Shown: positions 47,265 through 57,328, numbered from the stretch's first letter. The stretch: 64,000 bases of DNA from a virus (IMGVR_UViG_2930438282_000001:1-64000), one strand, 5' to 3'. Made by a program: numbers and translations. The notes: generated by a model from the sequence alone, not told the origin.

Positions 47265-48077
47265 TCAGGCGGCGGAGCGCTTGTCCCACTCGTCGACGAT
47301 GAAGTCGGCCCCCTCGGGGGTGGCGTAGGCGACCTCGTAGGAGACCCGGCCGTTGCTCTCGACCTTGACCATGAAGAACCCGGACTTCTGGTAGGTGCGA
47401 CGCGGCATGTTCTGATTCGACCCGAACCGAGAGAGCTGCTTGCGGAACACGCCGATGTCGACGAGCCAGTTCGTGAAATCCTTGACCGGCAGGTCGAGCA
47501 TGTCGGCGATGGCGGTCATGCCGATCAGGCCCTCGGCGTTCACGAACCGGTCCCACTTGCTGGCCTTCGGCGCGAGGACCTTGTTCGCGGCCTCTAGGGC
47601 TTCCTTGGCCTCCAGCGCAGCCACCAGGTCGCGCGCGACCTCGAGTTTCGAAGGTTCGCGACGTATGGCGCTGCGCTTCGAGACGTACTCGTGGAGGGCG
47701 TCGGCGAACTCGACCTGCGCGAGTTCGATGTTCTCTCTCACTGTGGGGTCTGCGATGCGGCTGCTCGTGATGTTAGCCAGCCACATCGCGACGATCCGCT
47801 CGTGGATCAGGAAGTGCGGACGCTGCTGTGGGTCACCAGGGAGCTGGACGTGCGTTACACACGTCCGGCCCTGTGACCAGGACTTTCGCTCGATAGCCTG
47901 CCGTTGACCATTGGCGTCGAGCGTGAGGTTCTGACAGAGCTGTCCGAGCACCGCCCAGTTGCCGTGCTCGTTCGACAGGATGAAGACCGGTTCGCCGTGG
48001 AAGTCGAACGAACCGATCTCAAAGTAGCCCCCGCTATTGCCAGCCGGCTCAGGGAGACTACTGTTGGGTATTGCCAT
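47265..48077 (-). CDS. phage antirepressor (P22 Ant N-terminal-like plus KilAC)
   Basis: LCQNLTLDANGQRQAI, LAPKASKWDRFV, ATPEG motifs; AAGGAGG RBS. Confidence 0.88.
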   Translation of the reverse strand: MAIPNSSLPEPAGNSGGYFEIGSFDFHGEPVFILSNEHGNWAVLGQLCQNLTLDANGQRQAIERKSWSQGRTCVTHVQLPGDPQQRPHFLIHERIVAMWLANITSSRIADPTVRENIELAQVEFADALHEYVSKRSAIRREPSKLEVARDLVAALEAKEALEAANKVLAPKASKWDRFVNAEGLIGMTAIADMLDLPVKDFTNWLVDIGVFRKQLSRFGSNQNMPRRTYQKSGFFMVKVESNGRVSYEVAYATPEGADFIVDEWDKRSAA

Positions 48078-48369
48078 GGAGCTGTACCTCCTTGGTCTTT
48101 GCCCTCGGCAGGGCTCTCCTCCCTGCGCGAGGGCACAAATCGTTGGCCTTCGATCCGAAGGCGTTCCCTGTCCGATTACGTTACGACACAGTGACTGCAG
48201 TTCGCTTCCGGCCGCTTGGGCACTGGGTGTCAGCCGCCTCGCAGGCAGCCTTCGATTCTCGAACTTCCGCGAACTTCCGCGTACACGTGCGTACACATGC
48301 GTAGCTCCTCGTGACACTCTGTGCCGTTGAGGTGCCTCTGTTGTGTGATGCACTTCTCATGAGGGCTCG

Positions 48370-48699
48370 TCACCTCTTCTGTGTCGGAAGCCATGTGACG
48401 AGGCGTTGATCCACGGTCGAAGCGTCCGCCGAAGCGGAGTCGGTGGGCCACTCGATGCGGCCCTGCTTCTTCCGTCGCCGTGCTTCGCGTGCGATGGCGC
48501 GCCGGGTGGTCCGGTTCGGGCGGGGTGGGAGCGGCTGGTTCATGTCCGGGCCGGCCGTGTCGAGTTCGCGGTGCAGGAACGTGGGCGTCTCACCGCTGCG
48601 GTCGACGAGGACTTCCCCGTGGAGGACGAGCTGGGCTTCCCAGTTGGCGCCCGGGGCGGGCATGTGCTCGCCCCGGGGCGTGGACGACGGGCCGGTCAT
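48370..48699 (-). CDS. hypothetical protein
   Basis: PNRTTRRA motif; start/stop overlap. Confidence 0.55.
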   Translation of the reverse strand: MTGPSSTPRGEHMPAPGANWEAQLVLHGEVLVDRSGETPTFLHRELDTAGPDMNQPLPPRPNRTTRRAIAREARRRKKQGRIEWPTDSASADASTVDQRLVTWLPTQKR

Positions 48700-49067
48700 G
48701 TACGTGCCTTCCTGGTGGTGCGGCGACGCCCGGAGTCCCAGGGCAGCGCCAGGCCGTCGTTCTCGGCTCTGGGAATCAGATGCAGATGCAGATGGAACAC
48801 GGACTGCGTGGCTTCCCGGCCCTTGCTGGTGATCAGGTTCATGGGACCGCCGAGCTCTGCAGCGAGGTCGGACGCCCTGCGCATGGTCTCGGCGGCCGTC
48901 ATCGGGGCCTCCACGAAGTCCGCGACGTGCAGCTTCGGGATCACGAGAGTGTGGCCTTCAACGACCGGGTTCAGCGGCACGATCGCGATGACCTGTGGCC
49001 ACTCGCGGACCAGCGTTCGCGGCGCGCGTCCGGCGACGATCTCGCAGAAGGGGCAGGGCTCGGTCAC
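48696..49067 (-). CDS. HIT family hydrolase
   Basis: CPFC, GHTLVIPK, QSVFHLHLHLIPR. Confidence 0.93.
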   Translation of the reverse strand: MTEPCPFCEIVAGRAPRTLVREWPQVIAIVPLNPVVEGHTLVIPKLHVADFVEAPMTAAETMRRASDLAAELGGPMNLITSKGREATQSVFHLHLHLIPRAENDGLALPWDSGRRRTTRKART

Positions 49068-49234
49068 AGGTAGCTCCCGGTGAGTGGGACATCGGCGATG
49101 CTGTCGATCTGTGCCCGGGTCAGGCCCTGGCCGTGAAGGTCGCGGTCTTTGAGGCCGGCTACTTCGACGTCGTCGGGGTCGTAGTAGAAGCGGGTCCAGT
49201 CGATGTCGCAGAACGACTCATCCACGCGGCTCAC
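49064..49234 (-). CDS. small hypothetical protein
   Basis: 56-aa acidic ORF coupled to the HIT gene. Confidence 0.5.
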   Translation of the reverse strand: MSRVDESFCDIDWTRFYYDPDDVEVAGLKDRDLHGQGLTRAQIDSIADVPLTGSYL

Positions 49235-49586
49235 CGTCCTCGGTGACAGCGCCGAGGAGTTGAGCGGGCGTGTAGCCGCTGCCTTGAAGTGGGACGCGGC
49301 CTCGGCGGCCGAGGGCTGCGAACCATTGGATGCGGTTGCGCCATCCGTCGATGACTTCGAACATCCAGTCGTTGCGGCCCTCGGGGGTGGCGGCGGGTGA
49401 GGACTCGACGAGGGTGATGAGGGCTTCGAGGCGTTCCACGGCGCGAGGGTGCATGCGCTTCCCGGCCCGGGCGAAGTAGATCGCGTTGAGGCTGACGTGC
49501 AGCATGTTGGCGACCAGCCCCCAGTCCAGGCTGGAGATCGCGTGAAGATGCTCCAGACGGTCGGCGGTCGCGGCGGTGGAGTTCAT
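49218..49586 (-). CDS. HTH-containing protein
   Basis: LDWGLVANMLHVSLNAIY. Confidence 0.6.
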   Translation of the reverse strand: MNSTAATADRLEHLHAISSLDWGLVANMLHVSLNAIYFARAGKRMHPRAVERLEALITLVESSPAATPEGRNDWMFEVIDGWRNRIQWFAALGRRGRVPLQGSGYTPAQLLGAVTEDGEPRG

Positions 49587-49858
49587 GCGGCCTCGTCGTA
49601 GTCGTGGGGCTGGGTGTGCGCCCAGAGCGGCAACGTGCGGGTGCGGCGGGCGAGAGCCCGGGCACGAAGTGGGCTGCGGGCCCAGGACGGGCGGGGCATG
49701 GCGCGGCGCACGATGTAGGGCGTGGTCGGGCGTGCGCCGAAGGCGACGAACGCGGCCACGCAGAGGATGAAGGCGGAGGCGCCGGCGAGGGCTTCGACCC
49801 ATGCGGTGGCGGCGGTGATGACGGTATCGAATGCGGTCGCCAGGTCGTGGACGATCAC
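49583..49858 (-). CDS. small membrane protein
   Basis: TM segment; coupled overlaps. Confidence 0.55.
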   Translation of the reverse strand: MIVHDLATAFDTVITAATAWVEALAGASAFILCVAAFVAFGARPTTPYIVRRAMPRPSWARSPLRARALARRTRTLPLWAHTQPHDYDEAA

Positions 49859-49998
49859 GGGCTTCTCCGGGCATTGCGAAAGTTGCGGATGGCGGTGGCG
49901 AGGGCGGTGATCCCGGCGGCGAGGAAGAAGATCCAGCCGAGCGTCCAGCAGACGAGGCCGGCGATCACGTACGAGCCGGGTTCGATGCTGCCGGTCAC
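49855..49998 (-). CDS. small membrane peptide
   Basis: Single TM; coupled overlaps. Confidence 0.5.
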   Translation of the reverse strand: MTGSIEPGSYVIAGLVCWTLGWIFFLAAGITALATAIRNFRNARRSP

Positions 49999-51242
49999 CG
50001 GAGGGGCTCCGCGTCGGGGTTGTCCTTCCAGCGGCGGCCGAGGGCGGTGACGTGCAGGTCGTGGGGGCCTTCGACGATGCAGGGTTCGGTGGGTGCATCA
50101 CCCTTGGGGAGGAGCGCGGCCGGGCACGGTGCGCCGGGCTCGTTGTCGGCGGGGTCCCAGGTGGCGTACGGGTCACGTTCGGTGGTCGCCCACACGCTGG
50201 TGGGGCACGGCCACGCCTGCTCGCACTCGATGCACTGCCCAGACGTCATCCCCGACAGGGTTCCCTGGATGTGGGCTTCCGCGATGCGGGCGAGTCGATC
50301 CGCAGGGGTCGACCGTGCGACGGCCCCGTCCTGCCGCGCCACGACGGCGGTCGGGTCCCACTTAGCGCGGATCCTGTCGGCCTGGCCCGGCTTCCAGGGG
50401 CGAACGGCACGGCGGTCGTCGAGCAGGCCCGCGCCATCAGCGGGGACTTCCTCGCCTTCGTGGTCCCATGCGGGTTGCCCGCAGCGGTCGCAGGTGGCGA
50501 AGGACTGGCCGATCCACACGAAGCCCTGGCAGACGGGATCCTGCGCCACGACGGCGTCTGTCGTCCTCTGGCCGGTGATGGTGTCGACCATGGCCTGCAC
50601 CGACTGCCGGGCGAGTTGAATGCCCGGCGTCTCGGTGGTGGGCTGCTCCTCGCCAGCCATCCGGCGCAGCTCATCGCCCCACTCGCGTACCTTGCGCGCT
50701 GCTGGCCGTGCCCATTGGCATGTGGACTTTGTGCCGAGGGCCGCAAGCCGGTCTGCGATCTCGCGGTATACGTCGGCCAGGCCGGGGGGCGCGTATGCGG
50801 TGCCGGTCACGGCATCGGCTGCGGTCATGGCTACGTCGGCGTCTGCGCTGTAGGCGATCACGTCATCGGGGTGCGCGTCAGCCCACTGGCTGCCGGGGTT
50901 CCACCGCTCGTAGATCACACGGGCGAAGTGGTTCCGGCGTTCGGCATGCGGTGCCGGAGTGCTGGGGGCTTCTTCCTCGTTGACGGTGTGGTTGGGGATC
51001 CGTGGACCTTCCGGCGGCGGGAGCGTCTCGTCGGCGCGTGTGGTCGGCTGCACCGGGGCAGACACGGTGGGTTCGTTGTTGGCGAGGGCCTGGTCGACGT
51101 GCTCGGCGAGGAGCGCTCGGATTTGTGCGTGCCCGAGGCCGCCTCCGGTCCGGTGCTTTCGCTGGAATGCGTCGATGGCGTCGTAGATCGCGGTTACGCG
51201 GTCAGGCCCGGGTGACTGCGCTGAAGGCGTGGGTTGGCTCAT
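49995..51242 (-). CDS. mosaic phage hypothetical protein
   Basis: 415 aa, several short Zn-like motifs, AAGGAG RBS. Confidence 0.75.
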   Translation of the reverse strand: MSQPTPSAQSPGPDRVTAIYDAIDAFQRKHRTGGGLGHAQIRALLAEHVDQALANNEPTVSAPVQPTTRADETLPPPEGPRIPNHTVNEEEAPSTPAPHAERRNHFARVIYERWNPGSQWADAHPDDVIAYSADADVAMTAADAVTGTAYAPPGLADVYREIADRLAALGTKSTCQWARPAARKVREWGDELRRMAGEEQPTTETPGIQLARQSVQAMVDTITGQRTTDAVVAQDPVCQGFVWIGQSFATCDRCGQPAWDHEGEEVPADGAGLLDDRRAVRPWKPGQADRIRAKWDPTAVVARQDGAVARSTPADRLARIAEAHIQGTLSGMTSGQCIECEQAWPCPTSVWATTERDPYATWDPADNEPGAPCPAALLPKGDAPTEPCIVEGPHDLHVTALGRRWKDNPDAEPLR

Positions 51243-51323
51243 GAGGGTGCTCCTTACTGACCGACTGGTCAGTGTGATGGTGATGGTACCGGCGGGGCGG
51301 GGGTGCTATTCGGGGTTGCGAGG

Positions 51324-51548
51324 TCAGAGGGACCAGAGGGTCGGCTGGCAGTCGGCGAGGGGCAGTTCGTCCTGGCCTGGGATCGGCTCAGCGGTGGTCG
51401 GAGTCGCCTGGCGGGGCCGGCGGCCGGGCGTGCCGTGGAGTCGCTTGTGGCAGACGGGGCCGAGGCCGCGGGCTCGTGAAACGGGGTCTCGGAGAGGACG
51501 CCCGCACGTGCAGCGCACGGGCGTCTCTTCGTCGTGCTGGTCAGTCAC
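51324..51548 (-). CDS. DUF6011-like Zn finger protein
   Basis: CGRPLRDPVSRARGLGPVC. Confidence 0.85.
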   Translation of the reverse strand: MTDQHDEETPVRCTCGRPLRDPVSRARGLGPVCHKRLHGTPGRRPRQATPTTAEPIPGQDELPLADCQPTLWSL

Positions 51549-51846
51549 GGGCCGCCAGCCGTGGGTGCAGCTCCCAGTGCGGGCAGTCGGTTATCGGCTG
51601 CTTCAGCTCGTCGGGGCCGTCTTCGTGGCCGCATCCTTCGGGCCAGCCGGGGTGCTCCGGGTACGGGCCTTCCTGGTCTGCGGGCTCGTAGTTCACACAG
51701 GTCTTGCAGGCCCGGGCGGCGGGGTTCTGCCAGCAGCGCGGCATGTGCTGCTCGACGCGGTCACGACGGGCCCGGGTGTAGCGCTGGCAGTGCGGGCACT
51801 GGTGCCGGGTGACGACGATCGGCGTGGGGAGGTCGACGGTGCTCAC
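51541..51846 (-). CDS. Cys-rich hypothetical protein
   Basis: CPHC...HMPRC..NP..RACKTC. Confidence 0.7.
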   Translation of the reverse strand: MSTVDLPTPIVVTRHQCPHCQRYTRARRDRVEQHMPRCWQNPAARACKTCVNYEPADQEGPYPEHPGWPEGCGHEDGPDELKQPITDCPHWELHPRLAARD

Positions 51847-52361
51847 CGACGTACCTCGGTCTCGCCGTCGAACGGCTCAAGCAGGTCGAACGCTTCGTCC
51901 TGGCGGTCCGCGAGCCACAGGAGGGCGTAGTCGGCGAGGTGCTCCCGCTTCAGCCAGCCGCGCTGTTCGGCGATGAAGCCTTTGTCGTCCCAGTGGCCGT
52001 CGCCGTAGGAGAGGTCGCTGCTGCCGTTCTGGTCGGCGCGGTCGAGGCGAGAGCGTGGGAAGCCGTATGCCAAGGCTTCTTCGCGGGTCCAGGTGCCGGC
52101 GGGCATCTCGCAGACGTTCGACCAGCCGATGTACAGATCGCGGTCGGGGGCGGCCTTGACGATGAGGCAGCGCAGCCGCGGGTCTTGGCCGGCGCGGAAC
52201 TCGGCGAATTCGTCGCGCAGGCGGCCGATCTCGGTGAGGAGTTCGGGGACGGTGTCGGCGACGGGGTGTGCGGAGCAGCAGGAGAAGTCGCCGATGTGGC
52301 TGTGGTTCGTGCGGTAGGTGGTGTGCAGGGCGATGATCTCCTGCTCGCGTTCGGGCGTCAT
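51843..52361 (-). CDS. hypothetical protein
   Basis: MTPEREQEI start with AGGAG RBS. Confidence 0.7.
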   Translation of the reverse strand: MTPEREQEIIALHTTYRTNHSHIGDFSCCSAHPVADTVPELLTEIGRLRDEFAEFRAGQDPRLRCLIVKAAPDRDLYIGWSNVCEMPAGTWTREEALAYGFPRSRLDRADQNGSSDLSYGDGHWDDKGFIAEQRGWLKREHLADYALLWLADRQDEAFDLLEPFDGETEVRR

Positions 52362-52551
52362 GGGTTCTCCTGGGTGATGCTGGCCGCGGTGCGGCATTCG
52401 GTGCAGGTGCTGAGGTGGCCGGGGTGGGGGGTGCCCCAGCAGTCCATGTGGTCTTGGAGTTCGTCGGGCTGGAAGGCGGTGCCTTCGAGGAAGCCCCGGG
52501 ACGGCTGGCCGTCTGGCCCGTAGTGCCAGCCGTCGTCGGGGTCGGCCGTGG

Positions 52552-53607
52552 TCATTCGGTGCTCGGCCCGGGTGCGGTGTTGTGGGCGTGCTGGGCTTCG
52601 GCGATGGCGCGGTGGCTGGCGCAGGTCTTCTCGACTTCGGCGAGAACGTCCAGCGTGGGGCGGTCGCTGTGGAGTGCGTTGATGAGATCGCCGAGGAAGT
52701 CGTGCAGGTCTTCGTCGTCCATGAGCGCGGCCCAGGGCAGGGCCGGCGGGTAGGTGCGGCGTTCGACGAGGCCCTCGGCAGCCTTGCGGACCTCGGAGAC
52801 CCACTCGGGTACGGGAAGCGGCTGCTCCCAGCGGAGGGCCCGCTGCTCGGCCTCGTCACAGAGGTCGCGTACGGCGTCGAGGCAGGAGCTGAGGTAGGCC
52901 ATCTCCTCGGCGACCGTGGGCTCCGCGCCGACGTACTTCTTCAGCTCGCGTTCCAGCTGAGCGACGCGGGCCTCGGCCGTGGCCGCGCGACCGTGCATCT
53001 TGTTGTAGACCGACCACAGCACGGGCGCCTCGGTGCCTTCGGCGTATCGCTGGAGTTCGGCGTTCATCTCGCGGAGCCGCTCGTCGGCGCGGCGCAGGCC
53101 TTCCTGATGGCGTTCCTTCGCAGCAACGAGCTCGCCTTTCACCTCCGCGACCCGAGCCCGAGCCTCGGCCGCGTCGGCCTGGGCTTGGGCCAGCACGGCT
53201 TCCTGTCGTTTGGCCGCGGTCCTGGCGAGGTGTTCGGAGGTGAAGACGCGGGTGCCGTTCTGGCAGGCGGCCGCGCAGGGCCATTGAGTGGTCCAGCTCT
53301 CGCCCCAGCAGACGGCGCAGACCCACATGGTGGGGGTGGAGCTGTCCATGAAGACGGGGGTGTGGAAGCGGGGCGGGAGCGCGGCTCGCTGCTCCTCGGT
53401 CATTTCGAGGATCAGCTCGTAGTCGGGGGCGTCCGGTGCGGGGAGCAGGGTGGCGCGCTGTGCGCACTCGTCGTGGACGACCTGTTCGCCGTTCGCGACT
53501 CGGCCGCGGCAGGTGCCGCACGCGGACGGGTCGGCTTGCTTGCCGCGGGCGGCCGTGTCTTCTGCCAGGGCCTGGGCCCAGAACTCGGTGTCGGTCTGTT
53601 CGGTCAT
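52552..53607 (-). CDS. coiled-coil hypothetical protein
   Basis: 351-aa ORF with coupled overlaps. Confidence 0.75.
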   Translation of the reverse strand: MTEQTDTEFWAQALAEDTAARGKQADPSACGTCRGRVANGEQVVHDECAQRATLLPAPDAPDYELILEMTEEQRAALPPRFHTPVFMDSSTPTMWVCAVCWGESWTTQWPCAAACQNGTRVFTSEHLARTAAKRQEAVLAQAQADAAEARARVAEVKGELVAAKERHQEGLRRADERLREMNAELQRYAEGTEAPVLWSVYNKMHGRAATAEARVAQLERELKKYVGAEPTVAEEMAYLSSCLDAVRDLCDEAEQRALRWEQPLPVPEWVSEVRKAAEGLVERRTYPPALPWAALMDDEDLHDFLGDLINALHSDRPTLDVLAEVEKTCASHRAIAEAQHAHNTAPGPSTE

Positions 53608-53801
53608 TGGGTCGTGTCCTCGGTCGGGCCGATGTACAGGAAGGCGAAGAGGGCTTGCTGAAGTTCGAAGAGGTCGCGGCCCGATGTGATCTCCGAGTAG
53701 CCGTGCTCTTTCAGGACTTTGGCGATGTCGAGCGCGAGCCCGAGCGTGAAGCGGGAGTCTTCGTGCGGCCGCGGCCGGATGGGGTATTGGCGCTCGTTCA
53801 C
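53604..53801 (-). CDS. small hypothetical protein
   Basis: DSRFTLGLALDIAKVLKEHGY. Confidence 0.65.
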   Translation of the reverse strand: MNERQYPIRPRPHEDSRFTLGLALDIAKVLKEHGYSEITSGRDLFELQQALFAFLYIGPTEDTTQ

Positions 53802-55591
53802 CGGGCTACCGCCTGGGGGAATTCGCGCACCTGGAGGTGGCGTGGCCAGTAGTCGGGGTTGCTGCCCTTGGTGTCGCCGTGGCGAGCGGCTGCCGACTGC
53901 TTGGGGTCGCGAGCCCAGGCGGAGCCAAGCTGCTTGACGAAAACAGAGGTCTCCGCGTGCTGGCATTGCCGAACGAGGTCGGCGGCCCACTCGACTTCCA
54001 TCGGACGGGCGCCGGGTCCGGACTCGCCGCCGGCGATGACCCAGTCGATGCCGCGGGCTTCGGCTCGGGTGCGGGAGCCGAAGGAGGTGTACGCGTACTC
54101 CCGCTTCGGATCGTTGTCGAGGACCAGGCGGCCGATGTTGTTCCAGCAGTGCACGTACCGGCCGAGGACCTGGGGCGGGGTGGGGCCGAAGCCGTCGTCC
54201 ATGCGGAGGGTGGCGCCGAACGGGGGCGCGCCCTGCTGGTGCATGTCCCGGATCCAGTGCCGGGGCGAGCGGCCCCATTCCTCGGTCCAGAACTCCTCGA
54301 TCCGGAGGCGGACGTCAGCGGGCACCCAGTCGGGCCACGTCCACTTCGCCCAGGTGGCCGGGGCCTGGTCGGCCGGCACCGGGGCGATCGGCGGCATCCA
54401 CCGGGTGAGATCGACGGGGCCGAGGAGCGGTTCGCACGACAGGAAGCGGACGGCAGCCGGCGTTTCGACGAGGGCCGGGATGCGGAGGTCGGCGCGCTGC
54501 TGGTCCTCGACGGACACGCCCAACCAGACTCCGGGCAGAGGCCACTGGAACTCGGCGGCTGCGATGTCGCGCCACTGTCGGCCCTGGGCGATGTTGGACA
54601 CCTGCGTGTCTGAAATGCCAAATTCTTTGGCGAGCGCTGTCCTCGACTCGCCGGCCGCAGCCCTGCCCTTGATCTGCCGGGACTGTTCTTCGCTCAACTT
54701 CGAGTACGAGCGGCGGTTGCCGTGCCGCTTCCGGTCATCCCAGTTCACTTCCTGCGTGCCCCACCGCAAGTTCGGCAGAGCGTTGTTGGTTGCATCTCCA
54801 TCGATGTGGCATCCCTGCTCGCCGCGATCCGCAGCCCGGTCGAAGGCAGCCAGCACCAGCCTGTGGACGAGCTCCCGGTGGACCTCGCCGTCTCGGTAGA
54901 GCGTCACCCTCTGATGGCCTTGTTCACCGGTGTCCGGGCTCATACGACGCCGGGTGTCAGCGGGCTCGGTCCAACGGCCCATCTTCTTCTCGTAGGCCGC
55001 CTTCTGACGGCAGGTTCCGGAGCAGTAGCGCCGCCGCGCCTCGGCCTCAGCGGGCAGAGAGCCTTGGCACCAGAGGCAAGAGTCGCTGCCGCGGATCGTG
55101 TAAACGTGCCCGTAGTCCGACACCAGGTATCCCGGGTATCCGGGGGCAGCCACGACTTTCTCCGCGCCCATGGCCTCGATCTGGAGCCGGACTTGGAGGA
55201 CGTCTACTTGGCGGCGAACCTCGCCGACGAACTCGGAGGAGTTCATCAGCGACCGCATGCGGCCGTGGCGTTTGGTGAGGATCTGGTAGGTGTGCTGGGG
55301 CGTCAACGCCATGATCGCGAAGGCGCGGGCGATGTGGTCGTCGGGGATGTCCTTGTGGAATAGGTCGGACATCGAGTTGACGAACACGCGGCGCGGCTTT
55401 CGCCACTTCAGCGGGAGCGTCAGCCGCTCGGGCCGCAGGGTCAGGTCGAAGCCGTTCTCGAAGTGGTGGCCGGCTGTGCCGCGGAACCGCTCGGAGAACG
55501 TCTCGGCGTAGCAGTTGTCGCAGCCCGGGGAGACTTTCGTGCAGCCGGTGACGACGTTCCAGACCTGATCGGTCCATTCGATCTTCGTCAC
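53798..55591 (-). CDS. phage Gp37/Gp68 (DUF5131) radical-SAM-like protein with in-frame NUMOD4-HNH insertion
   Basis: TKIEWTD..WN...GCTKVSPGCDNCYA, VFVNSMSDLFH, FLSCEPLLG, WVIAGGESG, FVKQLG. Confidence 0.92.
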   Translation of the reverse strand: MTKIEWTDQVWNVVTGCTKVSPGCDNCYAETFSERFRGTAGHHFENGFDLTLRPERLTLPLKWRKPRRVFVNSMSDLFHKDIPDDHIARAFAIMALTPQHTYQILTKRHGRMRSLMNSSEFVGEVRRQVDVLQVRLQIEAMGAEKVVAAPGYPGYLVSDYGHVYTIRGSDSCLWCQGSLPAEAEARRRYCSGTCRQKAAYEKKMGRWTEPADTRRRMSPDTGEQGHQRVTLYRDGEVHRELVHRLVLAAFDRAADRGEQGCHIDGDATNNALPNLRWGTQEVNWDDRKRHGNRRSYSKLSEEQSRQIKGRAAAGESRTALAKEFGISDTQVSNIAQGRQWRDIAAAEFQWPLPGVWLGVSVEDQQRADLRIPALVETPAAVRFLSCEPLLGPVDLTRWMPPIAPVPADQAPATWAKWTWPDWVPADVRLRIEEFWTEEWGRSPRHWIRDMHQQGAPPFGATLRMDDGFGPTPPQVLGRYVHCWNNIGRLVLDNDPKREYAYTSFGSRTRAEARGIDWVIAGGESGPGARPMEVEWAADLVRQCQHAETSVFVKQLGSAWARDPKQSAAARHGDTKGSNPDYWPRHLQVREFPQAVAR

Positions 55592-55980
55592 GCGGTCACC
55601 GCCGTGCGAGTGCAGGGCCAGGGTTCGGCGCGGGTGATCTCGCCTGAGTCGTTGATCTCGGAGTGCGTGACGCAGATTGCAGACACCTTGACCCCCTGGC
55701 AGTAGCCGGACGCGTCGAGCTCGTGGCCGCACTCCATCTCCACGCACAGGGCGTCCCCGCCGATGGCCGTCACTGGCCGGCAGGCGGGTTCGGGTGCGGT
55801 CGGCGCGCAGTTGGGGCACTCGCGTCGGACGTCCGGCAGTGGGCCACCGTTGATCGCGAGGTTCATCTCCTGGTCGGTGATGTCTCCGAGGAGTTCGCTG
55901 CAGCCGTTGCAGGCCCGTTTCGTTTTGATCGTTGTCGAGCCGTCCTCGTTGACCCGGTCCGGGGTGTTCGGGCGCGTCAC
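55588..55980 (-). CDS. Cys-rich hypothetical protein
   Basis: KRACNGC...CPNC. Confidence 0.7.
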   Translation of the reverse strand: MTRPNTPDRVNEDGSTTIKTKRACNGCSELLGDITDQEMNLAINGGPLPDVRRECPNCAPTAPEPACRPVTAIGGDALCVEMECGHELDASGYCQGVKVSAICVTHSEINDSGEITRAEPWPCTRTAVTA

Positions 55981-56477
55981 GACGAGACCTCCCCGCTCAC
56001 GGCGGGCGGCTGCACGCCGTCGTACTCGTGGTTCCAGTGGTTGATGTTCCGGAAGCCGATGAACGTCCAGCCCGCGGTGTCGGTGTGCCAGCCGACGGCG
56101 ACGCGCTCGCCGCCGTTGGGGTGGGTGGTGACAGCGACGCAGCGGAAGGTACTGCCGTCACGGTGGGTGTAGCTGTGACCGGGCTCGAAGAAGTCGGGAG
56201 TGGCGACGGCCGCGCGGCTGCTCTTCTCCCGGTTTCCGGGCATCGTCGCGAGAATCTCGTCGATGCCCTGGTGGAGTTCGAACGGTGTGCCTCCGCCCCA
56301 CTGGCGGGCGAACATCACGGCCATGGCGAGGCAGTCGCGCTCCGCCGTGACGTCACCGTTCGCGGCGAGCACTTCGGCGCGGAAGGCGTCGACTACGGCC
56401 TCGGGCGTTTCGGGCGCGCCGTCGTTCCGCTCGGTCCACTGCCGGACGATCTCGATCAGGGTGTCGCGGACCGTCAT
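55977..56477 (-). CDS. hypothetical protein
   Basis: PDFFEPGHSY motif. Confidence 0.7.
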   Translation of the reverse strand: MTVRDTLIEIVRQWTERNDGAPETPEAVVDAFRAEVLAANGDVTAERDCLAMAVMFARQWGGGTPFELHQGIDEILATMPGNREKSSRAAVATPDFFEPGHSYTHRDGSTFRCVAVTTHPNGGERVAVGWHTDTAGWTFIGFRNINHWNHEYDGVQPPAVSGEVSS

Positions 56478-57328
56478 GCCGATACCCCCGCGGGCTTCTG
56501 GGCGGCGTCGTACTGCGCGATGCCCCACACGGCGGCGTGGCACTGGTACAGGAAGTGGTAGTCCAGCTTGCGGATGTTCCACTCGGTGAAGTCGTCGAAC
56601 GTGAACCCGCCGGTCTGCCGGACGTTGACCTTGTGCTTCGGCCCGCTGCCGTGATGCGTGAGCGCGTTCCAGCAGACTGCGGAACTGTACGAATCGTGCT
56701 CAGCGCTCTCACCGCACGAGCACTCGGACCGGTACCGCATACCGAGCTGGAACTCGCTCACCAGCCGCAGAGCGTTCTGCTCCTCGTCCATCCAGTGGCT
56801 GTCGAGGATCTCCTCACGGGCCTTGCTCTCCAGGCCATCCGGAGCCCACCCGTCGCGGACCGCCTCCGCGACCAGCTCGTTGATCGCCTGCTCCAGGCGC
56901 GCCCGGTCGTACTCCTCCACGGACTGGCGGCCGTTGACGAGCTTGCTCGCCCACGAGGCCGGGCTGACCCGGGCGCCGCGCAGCCAGTCGAACATGTCCT
57001 CGGTGTCTTTGCCGTACCGCTCGAAGTGGAAGCTGCCGTGGCTGCCTGCGACGAGCAGGTTGTAGGGCCAGGTGACGAGGACGAGGCGGGACAGGCCGGC
57101 GAGGCCGACGAATTCGAGGTGGCGGAAGACGCCGTCCTCGCGGCACTCCTTGAGCTTGTGGGTCTTCGCGTCGTCGGCGAAGTGGGCGGCGGCGCGGGCT
57201 TCGTCCGTGGCGGGGGCGTGGTGGGTTTCCGGTGACCCGCCAGGCGGCGTGCGGGGGTCGATTGGCCCCTCTGTCCGTCCGGGCTGCTGTTCGGCCCTCT
57301 CCGGGGCTCCTGTGGCTTCGGTGGTCAT
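56474..57328 (-). CDS. phage hypothetical protein
   Basis: DGVFRHL, LVTWP, DMFDW, YQCHAAVWGIAQYD. Confidence 0.8.
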   Translation of the reverse strand: MTTEATGAPERAEQQPGRTEGPIDPRTPPGGSPETHHAPATDEARAAAHFADDAKTHKLKECREDGVFRHLEFVGLAGLSRLVLVTWPYNLLVAGSHGSFHFERYGKDTEDMFDWLRGARVSPASWASKLVNGRQSVEEYDRARLEQAINELVAEAVRDGWAPDGLESKAREEILDSHWMDEEQNALRLVSEFQLGMRYRSECSCGESAEHDSYSSAVCWNALTHHGSGPKHKVNVRQTGGFTFDDFTEWNIRKLDYHFLYQCHAAVWGIAQYDAAQKPAGVSA

